From Paecilomyces variotii (Eukaryota): DNA of 64,000 nucleotides. Shown in pieces: positions 24,806 through 37,804 of this stretch. Positions within the stretch are counted from its first letter, which is position 1. Each line of letters begins with the position of its first letter. Made by a program: the position numbers and the translations under genes. The DNA lies in assembly GCA_004022145.1 (NCBI GenBank), contig RCNU01000001.1. The stretch is one strand, 5' to 3'. The notes beneath the pieces are model-generated. The model ran no database searches. It was given only the letters and a program-made list of their open reading frames with translations, and was not told the DNA's origin.

Positions 24806-25781
24806 AGGCAAGCTATCTCGGTCAGTGGTCATATCCAAGGCTCTATGGGATTAGACCTTTGGTTCTTGCAGACACCATGTTTAATGACGCTGGGTATTAT
24901 GCTACTTGGTTTCGTCTGCACGTTTCATGGCATAGAGATCCACAAAATTGTGCTTCTGCCATTCTATATACTCGAGTCATATATAATTTGGGTTGGGGTA
25001 TATCGCTTCTGGGTTGACATTATCGAATGTTTATATAGTCAAGTAGTCAATATTTGTAATCAACTAGTTTCTAAGTACGGAGTAAAGCTTGATCATTCTC
25101 TCCTCCAGAAGGTCCGTTCCTTCCTGAGTTCTGTCTCAGTGGTGACTCGCATAGGTTATAGATACAGCCAGGACAACCACTCCTCCTTACGCGCCGGGCC
25201 AAGTTGACCCCAGGCGCTTTGGTGCATGCAGGCGATCAACCAATGTCGAAAAAACAAAGTGCTTGTGTCACTAAATTTGTCCCCCATGCAGTGTGTTCTG
25301 TGACGAGCTAATGCGATAACAATAGGCTCTGTGATGTGGTTGGTTGCCAACGAGACTTCTAAGCGCCGTGTGTCCAAGCTAAGGTATCGGATCCCTTCTC
25401 AAAACGGAAAATATGCAGCCATCACCCTGGAGGGCGCTGTGCCGCAATTTTGAGATGGCATTATGAATGATACTGCTTGGACCATGGTGTGAGTCTCTCT
25501 CTCTCTCTCTGTCGCGCTCAGGGGGACTCGTCTCTTTTCTGTTTCTGTCTCTTCTCTTTCCCCTCCCTTCTTCCTTGTACCGCGAGGGTCGTTATGATTT
25601 ATTTAGTTTAATGATTTTGGTTTTTCGCTTGTCGATTTAACCCTATACTTTGGACATACTGCGATATTTCGAATTACATTCCCTCGAGAAGAAATACACG
25701 CAGCTAGCAATCCGCAGGCGGATAAAGGGTCCGGAACCAAAGGGCCAAAAGAACAAAAGAACGAGACGAAGAAAGGCAAAG

Positions 25782-26794
25782 ATGTATCCATCAACCCATC
25801 ACAATCATCGTCATTCCCTTTATCTACTTCTCTCATCCTTTATACTCGACATCACAACCTTCGTCTCCGCCACTCTATGCTACACTCCCGATGGCACTCT
25901 AACGTCGGATCAACCTTGCAATCTGACCGCTCCTGCGAGCGTCTGCTGCGAACAAGGGTTCTATTGTACGTCCAACGGCCTCTGTCAGCCAGCAAACTGG
26001 TGGAATGGGGTAAATGGGAATCCTCTCCAGTTTATTCGTGGGACATGCACGGATAAGACCTGGGCTTCGCCGGAGTGTGGATCGCATTGTATTATTGGTG
26101 AGTTATTATTATTGAAGACCCCAATCCCATCGTTGGAAATAATACTAGGGAAGGACTGTTATATAAGTACTAACTATGATGTCTTTTCTTAGAGAGCGTG
26201 ACAGGTGGAGAGTGGGTCATGGAATGCGGCACCCATGTAGATAAATGGTGCTGCTCAGCAGATAACTGCTGTAGCAATTCCAGCTACGAGCAATTCGCAC
26301 TGGGTCTTCCATCCGTTACTGCCACCGCTGGTGTATACGGTACATCTACAGCGTCGCCTATATCGCTGCCAACAACTATGACAAACTCTTCGATGAACGC
26401 AACAGCAACAGCAAACAGCACTAGACCCGAAGTGACTGCAAAGGCGACCAGTTCCGGGTTCATCACTCACCCTTCAGAGATTCCAAGTGCTGGATCTTCA
26501 TCATCTTCCGGTTCTAGCAAAACCACAGCGGTCGGAATAGGCGTTGGCGTCGGTGTCGGCTCCGCCGCAGTAGCAGGTATAGCTGGAGCGATCATATTCT
26601 GCCTCCGGAGGAAGAAAAGACAGGCTGTAGAGGAACAGATCCAGGATCTATCAAGACCACCATACCCCGGTTTCAATTGGAATGCCAACTATTACTCGGA
26701 GCCGAAGATGCCACCGCCGTCTGAGCTTGGTGTCTCTCAGAGAGCGCACATCCAAGAACTAGACGCCGGTTATGCGCACGGAACCCGGATATGA
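25782..26794 (+). CDS. Type I membrane protein with Cys-rich ectodomain and Ser/Thr stalk (Mid2/Wsc-like architecture); exons 25782-26097 and 26193-26794
   Basis: Signal-like segment, CYTPDG..PC...CC...C.SNGLC...RGTCTD..W...C, S/T-rich stalk, GIGVGVGVG TM helix followed by RRKKR, cytoplasmic ELG/ELD motifs. Confidence 0.85.
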
Positions 26795-27278
26795 TATGTC
26801 GTTTTCGATCGTTTGATGACATAGCAAATAATATTTCTTTCTTTCTTGCATGGTGCTGAGCGTTGTTGATATTGATGCGTGTATATAAATCTATAAGTTT
26901 TTATCTGGTCCGGAATCCGAAAATTTCTTTCTTTCTTTGCAGGCAATAATATGCTTTTCGCTACAATTTTGAAATTGCTTTCTATGGCTTTATCTCTTCG
27001 TATACTATGGAGCTATCAGTGGGTTTACTGTTTGATTCGCGATGACTTCTAGCGGGGTCTAGATATATGTGACTACGCCAGAATAAACTCCATTAATTCA
27101 AGCACTCTATTCCCAGGAGCTGGACCTTGTTTAACCTCTCTTATTTATAACCGAAAAGAACATTTCGTAATATGAATTCCCGCTATGTAAACGATTTTCC
27201 CCAATGTGCAAACATAATCAACAAAGTATACAACCGTTCCTCATAACCAACGAAAAAAGTAAGAAGGCATGGCTATAT

Positions 27279-30200
27279 CTACGCCTGCCTGTTAATAGTA
27301 AATTCGCCAATTACTTCCACGGCTTCCTTCTTATCCTCTGGGACGCCGTAGCCACCACCGCCAGGAGTCAAGATGATGATACGGTCTCCAGTATTCATCT
27401 GCATGGTCGCCCTACCACCGACGCTGATGGTTCTCTCGGTGCCATCCTCGGGATCTTTGCGAATCCACAAGTTCACACCTCGCTGGCCCTCCTCGCCGCC
27501 TGCCATTCCATAGGGCGCGTTGACTCGGCGTTCCGACAGGATACTGACCTGCATCGGCCGTCTGAGTTCGATGTCACGCACGCACCCATCACCTCCGCGA
27601 TGCTTGCCCGCACCACCACTGCCCTTGCGAATGGCAAACTCGCGCAGTATGACAGGATAGCGCTTCTCCAGGGTCTCGGGGTCAGTCATTCTGGTATTGG
27701 TGATGTGCGTGTGGACACCGCTCTGGCCATCCCAGTTTGCTCCAGCGCCTGCGCCGCCTGCAATGGTCTCATAGTATCCAAAGCCCTTGGTAACATTTCC
27801 ATTGGCATCCTTTCCACCATAACCGAACGTCAGGTTGTTGCACGTGCCCTGGCTGGCGCCACTAACTCGGAAGGCTCTGAAGATGACATCGACAACTCGC
27901 TGAGACGTCTCGACGTTGGATCCAACAGTTGCTGCCTTCATGCTGGGCGACAGGATGGAGTTTGGCGGGCAGATAACGTCGATTGGGTTCAGGCAACCCT
28001 GGTTGAGCGGGATGTCGGAGGAGATCATGGAACGCAGGCAGTACATGATTCCACTGTACATGATAGCCGGAGGGCAGTTCAAGTTGTTCAGAGCTTCCGG
28101 TCCGGAACCAGTGAAGTCGAACTTTGCAGAACCATCCTCGGGATTGATGGTAATCTTTAACGCGAGCGGGGTTCCGTCGTCCAAGTAGTCAACAGCTTCA
28201 AGCGGGCGTCCTTGGAACCGTCGGCTGAAATCCTTCAGGAGTGACCGGACAGTCTCTTCGGCGTTCTTCTGGACGGCATCCATGTACAATTGCACGACCG
28301 GCCAGCTGTACTCTCTGACCAAACCTTGGATGAGATGGATTCCCCGGTGGTTAGCCGCAATACCAGCCTTGAGGTCGGATATATTGTCATTCCAGGTACG
28401 AGTTCCGCTGCAACCGGGGTAGCTGGCAGGCTTGTCGATAAGGTGGTATCTGAGACCCTCTTCGTCGAAGTGTCCTTCCTTGACCAGCTTGAATGATTCG
28501 ATGGCAGCGCCCTCCTGCCACAACTCCGTGGAATTCGGCGGCATCGATCCGGGAATGATACCTCCAATGTCAGCATGGTGACCTCTGTTCGCGACAAAGA
28601 ACAGGATACGAGTAGGGTCCTGCTCGTCAAACACGGGAGTAGTAACAGTCAGATCGGGAAGGTGTGTGCCTCCAGCAATAGGATGGTTAGACAGGATAAC
28701 GTCGCCGGGCTTCAGTCCATCCTTGCCGTATTTCTTTGCTTGGTAGGCGATGGCATAACTCATCGAACCCAGATGGGCAGGGATATGAGGAGCGTTAGCG
28801 ACGAGTCTTCCCTCCTGCGAAAAGACGGCGCAACTATAGTCCAGACGTTCTTTGATGTTTGTGGAAATAGACGTCTTTCTGAGCGTCTCACCCATCTGCT
28901 CAGCAACGCTCATGAAGCGATGTCCGAAAACAGAAAGCTGAACTGGGTCAACTTCCTCTGCGGAAACCTTCTTGACCTCAGCATCCAGGAGCTGGACGAG
29001 GATGTGCTCCTGGAGAACGGTCGCTTCACTTGCCGGGTCAACGACGATAGTCTGGGTTTCGTCAATGATCATGGCCGGGCCGAGGATAATGCTGCCCTTG
29101 GGGACGTCCTTGAGGTGGAAAATCTTGGAATCGACCCATCCTTCCTTCTCGAAGTAGACCTTTCGGATGTGAGCCGGCTCCAGGTTCGCGGCCGCGGACC
29201 GCTCAATCTCTCGAAGCTGCTTGAAGGGACTGGTAACCTTCACCTCCTTGCTCTTGCCCACGGATCGAATTCGGATATCGTCAACAAGGATCTGTCTTGG
29301 CTGGGTGAAGCCAAATTCACGCTTATGCCGGGCGACGAAGGATTCGGCGAAGTCTCCAGAGCCCTCTGAAGCGGCAATCATGAGGGAAGTGTCACTGCCC
29401 TTGTAACGCATGTTCAGGAAGGTCTCGTGCTCAATACGCTCCTCAGTGAAGCCTTCGGAGACGAGCTGCTGAGCAGCACGCTGCTTCATCTGAGTAGCTC
29501 GCTTGGCAATACGTTCAGCGGCGTTTTCATCGTAAGTCGTAGCCTCGGGTTCCTGTGTCTCAACAACCACATCGGCCAATGCCATACCGTAAGCGGAGAG
29601 GATACTCGAGAAGCGGTGGATCAAGACACGCTTGATACCGAGATCGCGAGCAATGGCTGTTGCGTGCTGTCCACCAGCTCCTCCGAAGCAGACGAGGTTG
29701 TGCGAAGCAGTCTCAAAACCTCTGCCTTCACTTATCGTTCTGATCGGTCGAGTCATGGCAGCATTGGCGACCATCAGGAAACCCATTGCCACCTCCTCAG
29801 GGGTCAATTTCTCGGTGCCCTTCTTCTCGGCATTCACCACTTCCGTCAACTGCAGGAACTTCTCACGGACGACGTCAAAATCCAACTTCCGCGCGAAGTA
29901 ATCCGGCAGAATACGGCCAAGGAAGAAGTTGGCATCAGTGATGGTCAATGGACCGCCTTTGCCGTAGCAGGCGGGACCTGGATAGGCTCCGGCCGACTCG
30001 GGTCCAACCACAAAGAGGCCATTTCTCCAGAACAGTCTGGAACCGCCTCCGGCCGCGACGGTGTGTACATCGAGCTGGGGACTCTGGATGGCAACCTGGG
30101 AGACTGTCGTCTCAAAGACGTGGTCTAGAGAACCGCTATAGCGCGAGACATCAGTGCTAGTACCGCCCATGTCGAAACCAAGGACGGGTGTTCCGTCTTC

Positions 30201-31273
30201 ATCGTCGTAGCAGGTTCTGGCGCATCCGATCACACCTCCAGCAGGTCCAGAGAGGATGGCACGCAGACCGGTGAATCTGGAGAAGGAAGTGAGACCACCG
30301 TCCGACTGACAGAGGAGTAGCTTCTTCGCGTTTTCGTCTTCCAGGTTACCCTTGAAGCCTTTGCGGAAGCCCTCGAGATATTCAGTGATAACGGGCGAAA
30401 GGTAGGCATCTGCAGTGGTGGACTGGGCTCTAGACACCAACTTGATCATCGGTTGGAGCTCTGCAGAGGCGGAGACATTGAATCCCATCTCTCGTGCAAT
30501 GGACGCCACTGCGGCCTCGTGCTCCGGGAAAGAGAATGAGTGCATGAAGGCAATGGCCAGCGTACGGAAGCCTTCATCCCACAGGGACTGGAGGTCCTTC
30601 TTGACCTGGTCTAGATCTGGCTTCTTGAGGATCCGAATGGCCTCACCTGTGAGACCTTCGACGAGATCGGGGTCGGACTTGATATCAATCGGTTTGGGCT
30701 CGGGGTCTTCGGCAAAGCCTTCCACCGTGACGCGCTCATCCACCTCGACCACCTTCTCATACAGCCGGTCCAGCTTAGAGACAGACAGGTCGAAGATGCT
30801 GGGTCGGGCTTGGTTTCCAATGATGAGCAAGTCACGGAAGCCCTTGGTGATCACGAGCGCCACGCGCTCTCCTTTTCTCTCGAGCAGTGCACTGAAAAGG
30901 GTCAGCAGGGTCAGACTGGAGAAGATTCATGCCAGCTTACTTGGTCGCAACTGTCGTTCCCATGCGGATAGACTCCACGGGAGTGATATCGATAGGTGTT
31001 CCTCTGGGGATTTCCTTCCCTGTGGCCTTCTCCAGGATCTGGCGGATTCCTTCGATGGGAGCATCGTCATACTCCCCAGGGGAGTTTGACAGCAGCTTGA
31101 AGATCAAGGCATCTTCACGGCCGGGGATGCTCGCCCAGCTACAACATCACTTGTCAGCATGAGTCGCTTTCGCGATAATAGCACTGGAAGAAGAAAATGG
31201 GTGCATACAAATCACAAAAAGTGCCTCCTCTATCGATAGCGATTCTGATGCCCGGGTTCGTTGTACTCGACAT
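27279..31273 (-). CDS. OXP1: ATP-dependent 5-oxoprolinase (hydantoinase A+B fusion); exons 31273-31209, 31138-30941, 30891-27279
   Basis: [80 protein letters not shown]. Could be a paralogue rather than the main orthologue. Confidence 0.95.
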
Positions 31274-32187
31274 GATGAATGTGATCTGGAACACCAACAG
31301 GCACCGCGACTATCTCTCTCTCTCTCGTCTTCAGATTGCTTCCCCTCTTGAGCAATATATACCCCTCCATTGCGATACTGAACAACCCACTGTCGGCCGA
31401 ACATCCGTCCCGCTATCGGCGGCTGGCGGCAGAAGCCGAGCGTTGTGCTCTTTATCGACCGGCACGGCCATCACGCAGCCGAAGCGACATGCCGAGCTTA
31501 TCTCGGCCAGCGAGTGTTGGCGCCGGTGATATTAGATTAATTAGTGATCCGACATTGATTTTTTACAGTGATGACTGTGGTATAGATATCCATTGTTCTG
31601 CCTCAGTATGAGAGTCGGGAAGAAGCATCCTGAAAGCCCCGAAATGGATCTCTGGGCTTTCGGAGACAACCGGTTATTGCTCCTGCAATTCAATCCGGAT
31701 CAGCCTGAATATCAACCTTTCCAGTTACTCGATTCTTGCGCTCGTAAGGACATCGGGTGAACCCGGCTGATTTATTCAACTCTCTAGAAAAACACATTAA
31801 GACCGTCTTCCCAGATATAATATATTATATACTATTTACTTACTCGCGTGGTAGAAATTTCCACCCCCGTCAGGGAGCAAAGAGTTCACCCGCCAAAACG
31901 CATGGTAAAACGTCGTACGTTTGGGGGGTTTTCTGTTTCCGATGACCTGATATTACTTAAGGCAGATGCGATGCGAATAGTTAGTTATAGGCTGCCATGC
32001 GAAATCCGGAGTCGAGACACCACGGTCCTCGCTTTGCCAACACCGCTCATTCTCTTGGTTGTTCGCTTCGTACTTTCTTTAAAAAAAACGCACTTGGTTC
32101 GATGAAGATATTCGGTCTACATTTCTCGTGGATTCCGAATTCATTAATCAATGACAGTCAATAATCGTCGCCGGTTTTATTGATCGC

Positions 32188-32225
32188 ATATCATATCATA
32201 TCATATCATATCATATCACATCATA
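32188..32225 (+). repeat. (ATATC)n pentanucleotide microsatellite
   Basis: Run of catatcatatcatatc... seen directly. Confidence 0.85.
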
Positions 32226-32279
32226 CTCTTTATTATTATCTACTCCCAAGAGCGATACCGATCTTTCGGAACCTTCCGA

Positions 32280-32603
32280 ATGGCACACTGGTCCCGCCAT
32301 CGTCTGCCAGGAGACGCTCCTCCAGTCGTCTTTCCGAGCTCTCAGTACAACGACATCCGGCCTCTAACGCAGAGGCAAGCTTATCGAACTACCCGAGCCA
32401 GACTGTCCATGATTCTGCCGGCGATCCTCTTCTTTGGCCTCATTTACATGGCCGTCTTACTCTGGATGGACCTTTCGTCGAGCAGTCCACTTTCTCAGAT
32501 CGATTCTTCCCATCAGGCACCGATCGATGATTTACCTTGGACTGGTGGAGACGAAAAGGAATCAAGCCCGCGCCCGGCGCAGGCATACCTTGCGGCTCAA
32601 TAG
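32280..32603 (+). CDS. Possible small single-pass membrane protein (107 aa)
   Basis: ATG-initiated ORF with a basic stretch followed by one hydrophobic helix (MILPAILFFGLIYMAVLLWM); no recognisable family. Confidence 0.35.
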   Translation: MAHWSRHRLPGDAPPVVFPSSQYNDIRPLTQRQAYRTTRARLSMILPAILFFGLIYMAVLLWMDLSSSSPLSQIDSSHQAPIDDLPWTGGDEKESSPRPAQAYLAAQ

Positions 32604-33489
32604 GGCGACTGTGGACATTTTGAACTCTCGTACATATCTGGCTTGAGAGAACTGATATATACGCTTTCCGCAGAAGCGGCGCTTTTGATTGCGAATGCGA
32701 CATCCATGCATACCCCCTATATGCATACAAGATGGTAAGTATTATGGTTCTCTTGTTCCCTCTCATAGTTCAAATCGAAGCATCACCCTCGATTCCAAGA
32801 CAAGGAAAGCTAATAGCGGATACAAGCGTGGAACAATCAGGCTTTGGTCGGATTTATCTACAGTCAACAGTTTCCAGATTTGGTTCCATTGTGGTTGGTC
32901 ACTGTCGAACACGACTTGAAATAAGCAGGTTCAGATATACCAGGCCATCTGAATAATACCAGAACCACTATGGTCCCCACAGATGGGTGCACGAAGCGCC
33001 CCGACGATGAAGAACCCATCAGCCCGACTACAGGGGGCATAGTGGTATTCTAGTGTTCTACCAGGCTTTCCGCGACAGGCAGATGTCGCTTATATCCATG
33101 GGATGTGATGCTTGATCAGAAGCTCGTGCCAGCAACCCACAACAGAACACAGGCGACAAGATTGAATTCACATCCACATATTCTCGATGATAGTGAAGAT
33201 CTAGTTCGAGACGAACTACATCCTAAGAGTCCCGGACACGCTCTCGCAAGAAGGGTGAAGTTCATCAACACCCTATGAATTCCGGAGCCGTTGGGAAAGC
33301 AAGAGAAGTTGATACTTTTGATATCACTGCTACATTTTTTTTTTCCTTTTTGATTTTCGACCTTGATGTAAAAGATTCATCAGAGGCGACACTGAGAAGG
33401 AAGGAGGACGAGCGAACCGCTCGATGATACTCATCAAAAACTCCCAATTATCCGATTAGTTATGTACATATTCCAATTAATCACTTAGT

Positions 33490-33670
33490 TACCTACCTAC
33501 CTACCTGCCTATCGTATCTATCTATCTATCTATATATCTATCTACCTAGCAACCCAATAAATAACCCCCTCGTATCCCGTATCCATCCCGAATACGAAGA
33601 ATACAGAGCACCACGAACTATAAATAAATCACTCACTCACTCACTCACTCTCCTCTCCGCACACGCACAC
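33490..33670 (+). repeat. Compound microsatellite patch (TACC)n, (TATC)n, (CACT)n downstream of PMA1
   Basis: Adjacent tetranucleotide runs seen directly. Confidence 0.75.
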
Positions 33671-34693
33671 GCATGCAAGCATGATGTGTACATATCCATG
33701 TAACTACCTAGTTATGTATGCATGACTTAATTCATCCCCGCGCGAAAAAACAAGCAAGAAGAAACCCAAAACCTTCCTCCAGAAACAAAATCCCCATCCT
33801 ATCGTATCGGTCTAACGGATCAATCATATGGTATTCACCTGATGGTATGCGTCTATCCACATATCAATAACTAATCCCTCTAGAGCGAATAAACGAATAA
33901 ACGAATGAATGAATAATCCATATCTTTTCTTCCATCCATGCGGATCCGAATTACCGTTTAAATCATATCGTCTTTTCATCCATTCGCTCATTCATTCCCT
34001 ACTCTACTCGTTCTGGGCCTGTCGCATCGCACTGACCTCCCTGGCTCTCATCGATCCCGGTTTTCATACTTACAAGTTGAGCCGACAGATTCAGAATCGA
34101 CGTCAACCACTACAACTAATTTAGGGTAGACTTGCAGATTGGTTGGCTGAATGCAGGCGTCGATGACATTCCATTCTATTCCCATGCCATAGAGATGCTT
34201 CCTTCCAGTACCGGCTACAGCCACCGCAGGATGATAGAGTTCGTAGGACATGTCATACTTGGTCGATGCGCATCGATGGTCGGAAAGCAATGGAATCCGG
34301 AACGGGTAAAGCCGTCTGTCTGTCTATCCGATTCCTGGGGTCAACCTCCGGGCGCAGCCGAGAGAACCAGCGGCCACACAAAGACTTTGACCCAGAGACT
34401 GGCAGACCAAGGTTGGCTACGAAATTATGTCTAAAAAAAAAAAAATAAACTACGAATGTTATACGAGGAAAAAGAAAAAAAGTAATTAGAACGAGCTTGA
34501 ATTCTGATCCTTGGAGACTAAATTTACCAATATTAGTTGACATACATACATGTAAAGTAAGTTCAAGCTTTATGACCAAGGTCGGATATATAATAAAAAG
34601 TCTATAATATGTGAATCGGGAAACAGCTTAAGCTGGATGCGCCTGGAATACCAGAGCAGATTAACGGGTAAAAGAGCGTAGCCCGTCTTAGGA

Positions 34694-37600
34694 TTACTCG
34701 TCATCCTCCTCCTCGGGAGCGCGGGCGGCAAGAGTGTATCTCGAGACACCGTTCTTGTCAGTCTCGTGCTCAACGGCGAGCTTGGACAGACGACCAATGA
34801 TGTTCTCAAGGTGGGTGTCGGCTCTGGAGCGGTCCTTACGGCCGAGGTTGTCGAGCGCGGGGATGTTGGTGAGGATGTAGTAGACGACGGCAATGATGAC
34901 GGTGACACCAATGGAGTAAGCCCAGATGACAACGACAGTGACAATGTCGACATCACCGTGAATAGAGAAGACAGCACGGTCAGCAGGGTCGGTCTGCTCG
35001 AAGTCGCCAGAGATCCATCCGAACACACAGAAGAGGGTGGACAGGACATCGACGACGAAGATGGCACCAACCAGCTGCCACGAGGGCCAGGTCTTACCAC
35101 CACGGGTAACGAAGATCAGCCAGTTCTCAGTCAGAGAGATCTCGAGGAAGAGGATTTCCTGGGGAGAACCGAAGTTCTGGATGATACCACCGTTGGGCAG
35201 GAAGAGAGTACCACGGACAACCCAGGTAGCAGCAGCGAGGAGAGCACCAAGGATAACGGAGATGACCCAGATCTTAGGCAACTGCCACTCGACGGGACGG
35301 GCCTCGAAGTGAGCGTTATCGTAAGCAACGGCAATGGTGGCGACGTCAGCGAACAGGGCAATGAAGACAATCAGCTCAGAGCGGACGGTCTCGTTGATGA
35401 TGATCATGGAGGTGACCAGGTAGATCTCCAGGTGCAGACACAGAGCGATACGGTACTGGATGTAGGCCTTCATACGCTGGAAGATCTGACGGGCGAGCTT
35501 GATGGCATCGACGATGGTGGACAGACCGGGGGCAAGGAAGACGATATCGGCGGCAGCCTGGGCAGCCTCAGTAGCACCCTCGACGGCGATACCACAGTCG
35601 GACTTCTTGAGGGAAGGAGCGTCGTTGACACCGTCACCAGTCATGGCAGTCAAGTGACCACGCTGCTGGAGCATCTCGACGACCTGGTACTTGTGCTCGG
35701 GGAAGACCTCAGCGAAACCGTCAGCCTTCTCGACGAGGTCGTGCTGGGCGGAACCGGCGAGACCACCGTGGATCAGACGCTCAGAGTTGTAGACCTTGGT
35801 ACCAAGAGCAAGCATCTTGCAAGTCTCCTTAGCGATAGCGATAGCGTCACCAGTAAGCATCTTGACGGACAGACCGAGAGCCTGGGCCTCAGTGATGGTC
35901 TGGGCAGTGTCGTCACGGGGAGGGTCGAACATGGGGTACATGCCCAGCAACTGCCAGGGCTCACCCTCCTTCTGGACGGCGACACCGAGGGAACGGAAAC
36001 CACGGCGAGCGAACTCGGCAGCCTTGTCACGGTAGAGCTTGGCCTCCTGCTCGGAGCACTCAGACAGGTTCAGGATAGCCTTGGGGGCACCCTTGGCGCA
36101 AGTGTAGCGGACACCATCGCAGGTAGCAACAGTGGTGATACGCTTGGAGACGGGGTCGAAGGGAGTGTACTTCTCGGTAACCCAGTTGCGGGAGAGGATC
36201 TCACGGGCCTTGGGGTAGCGGCGGAGGGTCAGGACGGTAACCTTGTCGATGGGGTCGAGGTTCTTGATGTTGTGGGAGGAGGCGATGGCGGCAACAGCGA
36301 ACATCCAGTTGACGTCGACACCCTCAGCAACGTAGGGCTCACGGATGGAGAGCTGGTTGGCAGTGAGAGTACCAGTCTTGTCAGAGCAGAGAACGTCAAC
36401 ACCAGCGAGGGACTCAATGGCAGTGAGCTTCTGGACGATAGCCTTCTGCTCGGCCAGGTAGGCGGCACCGACAGCGAGAGTGGTGGTGGTAACGACGGGC
36501 AGACCGACAGGGACACCGATGATGAGCAGGATCAGAGCGTAGTGGAGCAGGTTGACGGAGCTGTGCTCGGGGGTAGCGATCTTCAGGTGGTGGAAGAAAC
36601 CGCCAATCCAGGCAGCGAGAATCCAGAACATGACCAGAACCAGGAGGGTGGAACCAATGTTGTCCATGATCTGCTTGAAGTGACCGGCCTCGTTGGCACC
36701 CTGGACCAGAGCAGCGGTTCTACCGACGAAGGAGTGCTTGGCAGTAGCAGTGACGATAGCGTAGGCCTTGCCACGCTTGCAACCAGTGGTGTAGTAGCAA
36801 GTGTCGCCCATATACTTGTCGACAGCGAGAGATTCACCAGTGATGGCGGACTGGTCAACAGCGACGATGGAGCTACCAGTGTGGTGCTCACGGTCGCCCT
36901 CGTCCTCATCCTCATCCTTCTCCTTGAGAGTGTCATCGTTGGCCTGGGTCAGGAACTCCTTGTAGGCCTCGAACATCTCCGGCTTGTCGTAGTCACAGAT
37001 CAGGCGCACATCAGCAGGGACGACTTGACCTTCCTCGAGAATAACCTAGAAGAGATGTCGTTAGCACGATGGCCTATAGTAGTAGTAGCAGAAAAGGAAA
37101 AGAGCTTACAATGTCACCGGGAACGAGCTCACGAGCGCGGATCTCCTCCTCGTGGCCGTCACGGACAACCCAAGCCTTCATAGCAATATCACCCTTGAGC
37201 GAAGCGACGACATCGGCGGCCTGCTTCTCCTGGTACCAACCGACGACAGCGTTCAGACACAGAATACCGATAATGACACCGAAATCGATCCAGTCACGCA
37301 GACCAGCAGCCAAACAGACAGCCAATTCCATAACTGCGGGCCTTGTCAGCAGACAATTCCCATTGGCCCCAGTGGGACGGTAGGTATTGTAAGTTACTCA
37401 CCATAGAGAATAGGACCACGGAAGTACCCGATGAACTGAAGGATGGGGTTCTCCTTCTCAGTCGCGAGCTCGTTCCAGCCAGACTTCTTGCGGCGAGGCT
37501 CAACGGCCGAGGAGGGGATACCCTGGCGGATGTCGGTGTCGAGCCATTCCTCGGGGCAGACGAATCCCTCGGAGGTGTCCTTGTCCTTCTGCCAGAAGGC

Positions 37601-37804
37601 GTACCAAGGCTTCTTCTTCTCTTTGCCGTCGTCGAGACCACCGGCCTCAGAGGTCGAGCCACGACGCTTGTCGCGGGCGGTCGAGATGTACCGGTTCAGG
37701 GCCGTGTACTCATCGAGGTTTCCGCCGTCATTGAGATCAGGAGCAGTGCGAGTGTTATCACCGTTCTCCACGTCGGGAGCGTAGGAGATCCTCCGCTCCG
37801 CCAT
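34694..37804 (-). CDS. PMA1: Plasma membrane H+-ATPase (P3A); exons 37804-37402, 37333-37110, 37045-34694
   Basis: DQSAITGES, CSDKTGTLT phosphorylation site, KGAP, DPPR, MLTGD, MTGDGVNDAPSLKK; strong high-expression codon bias; two GT-AG introns. Confidence 0.98.

Noticed and set aside
27204-30128. Several 130-320 aa plus-strand ORFs over the oxoprolinase
   Set aside because: Antisense shadows of a GC3-rich coding sequence.
13959-33500. Starship or other large mobile element carrying the accessory genes
   Set aside because: No tyrosine-recombinase captain, transposase, terminal repeats or compositional break visible.
34766-37183. 805-aa antisense ORF over PMA1
   Set aside because: Shadow ORF expected from the strong codon bias of a highly expressed gene; no recognisable protein features.
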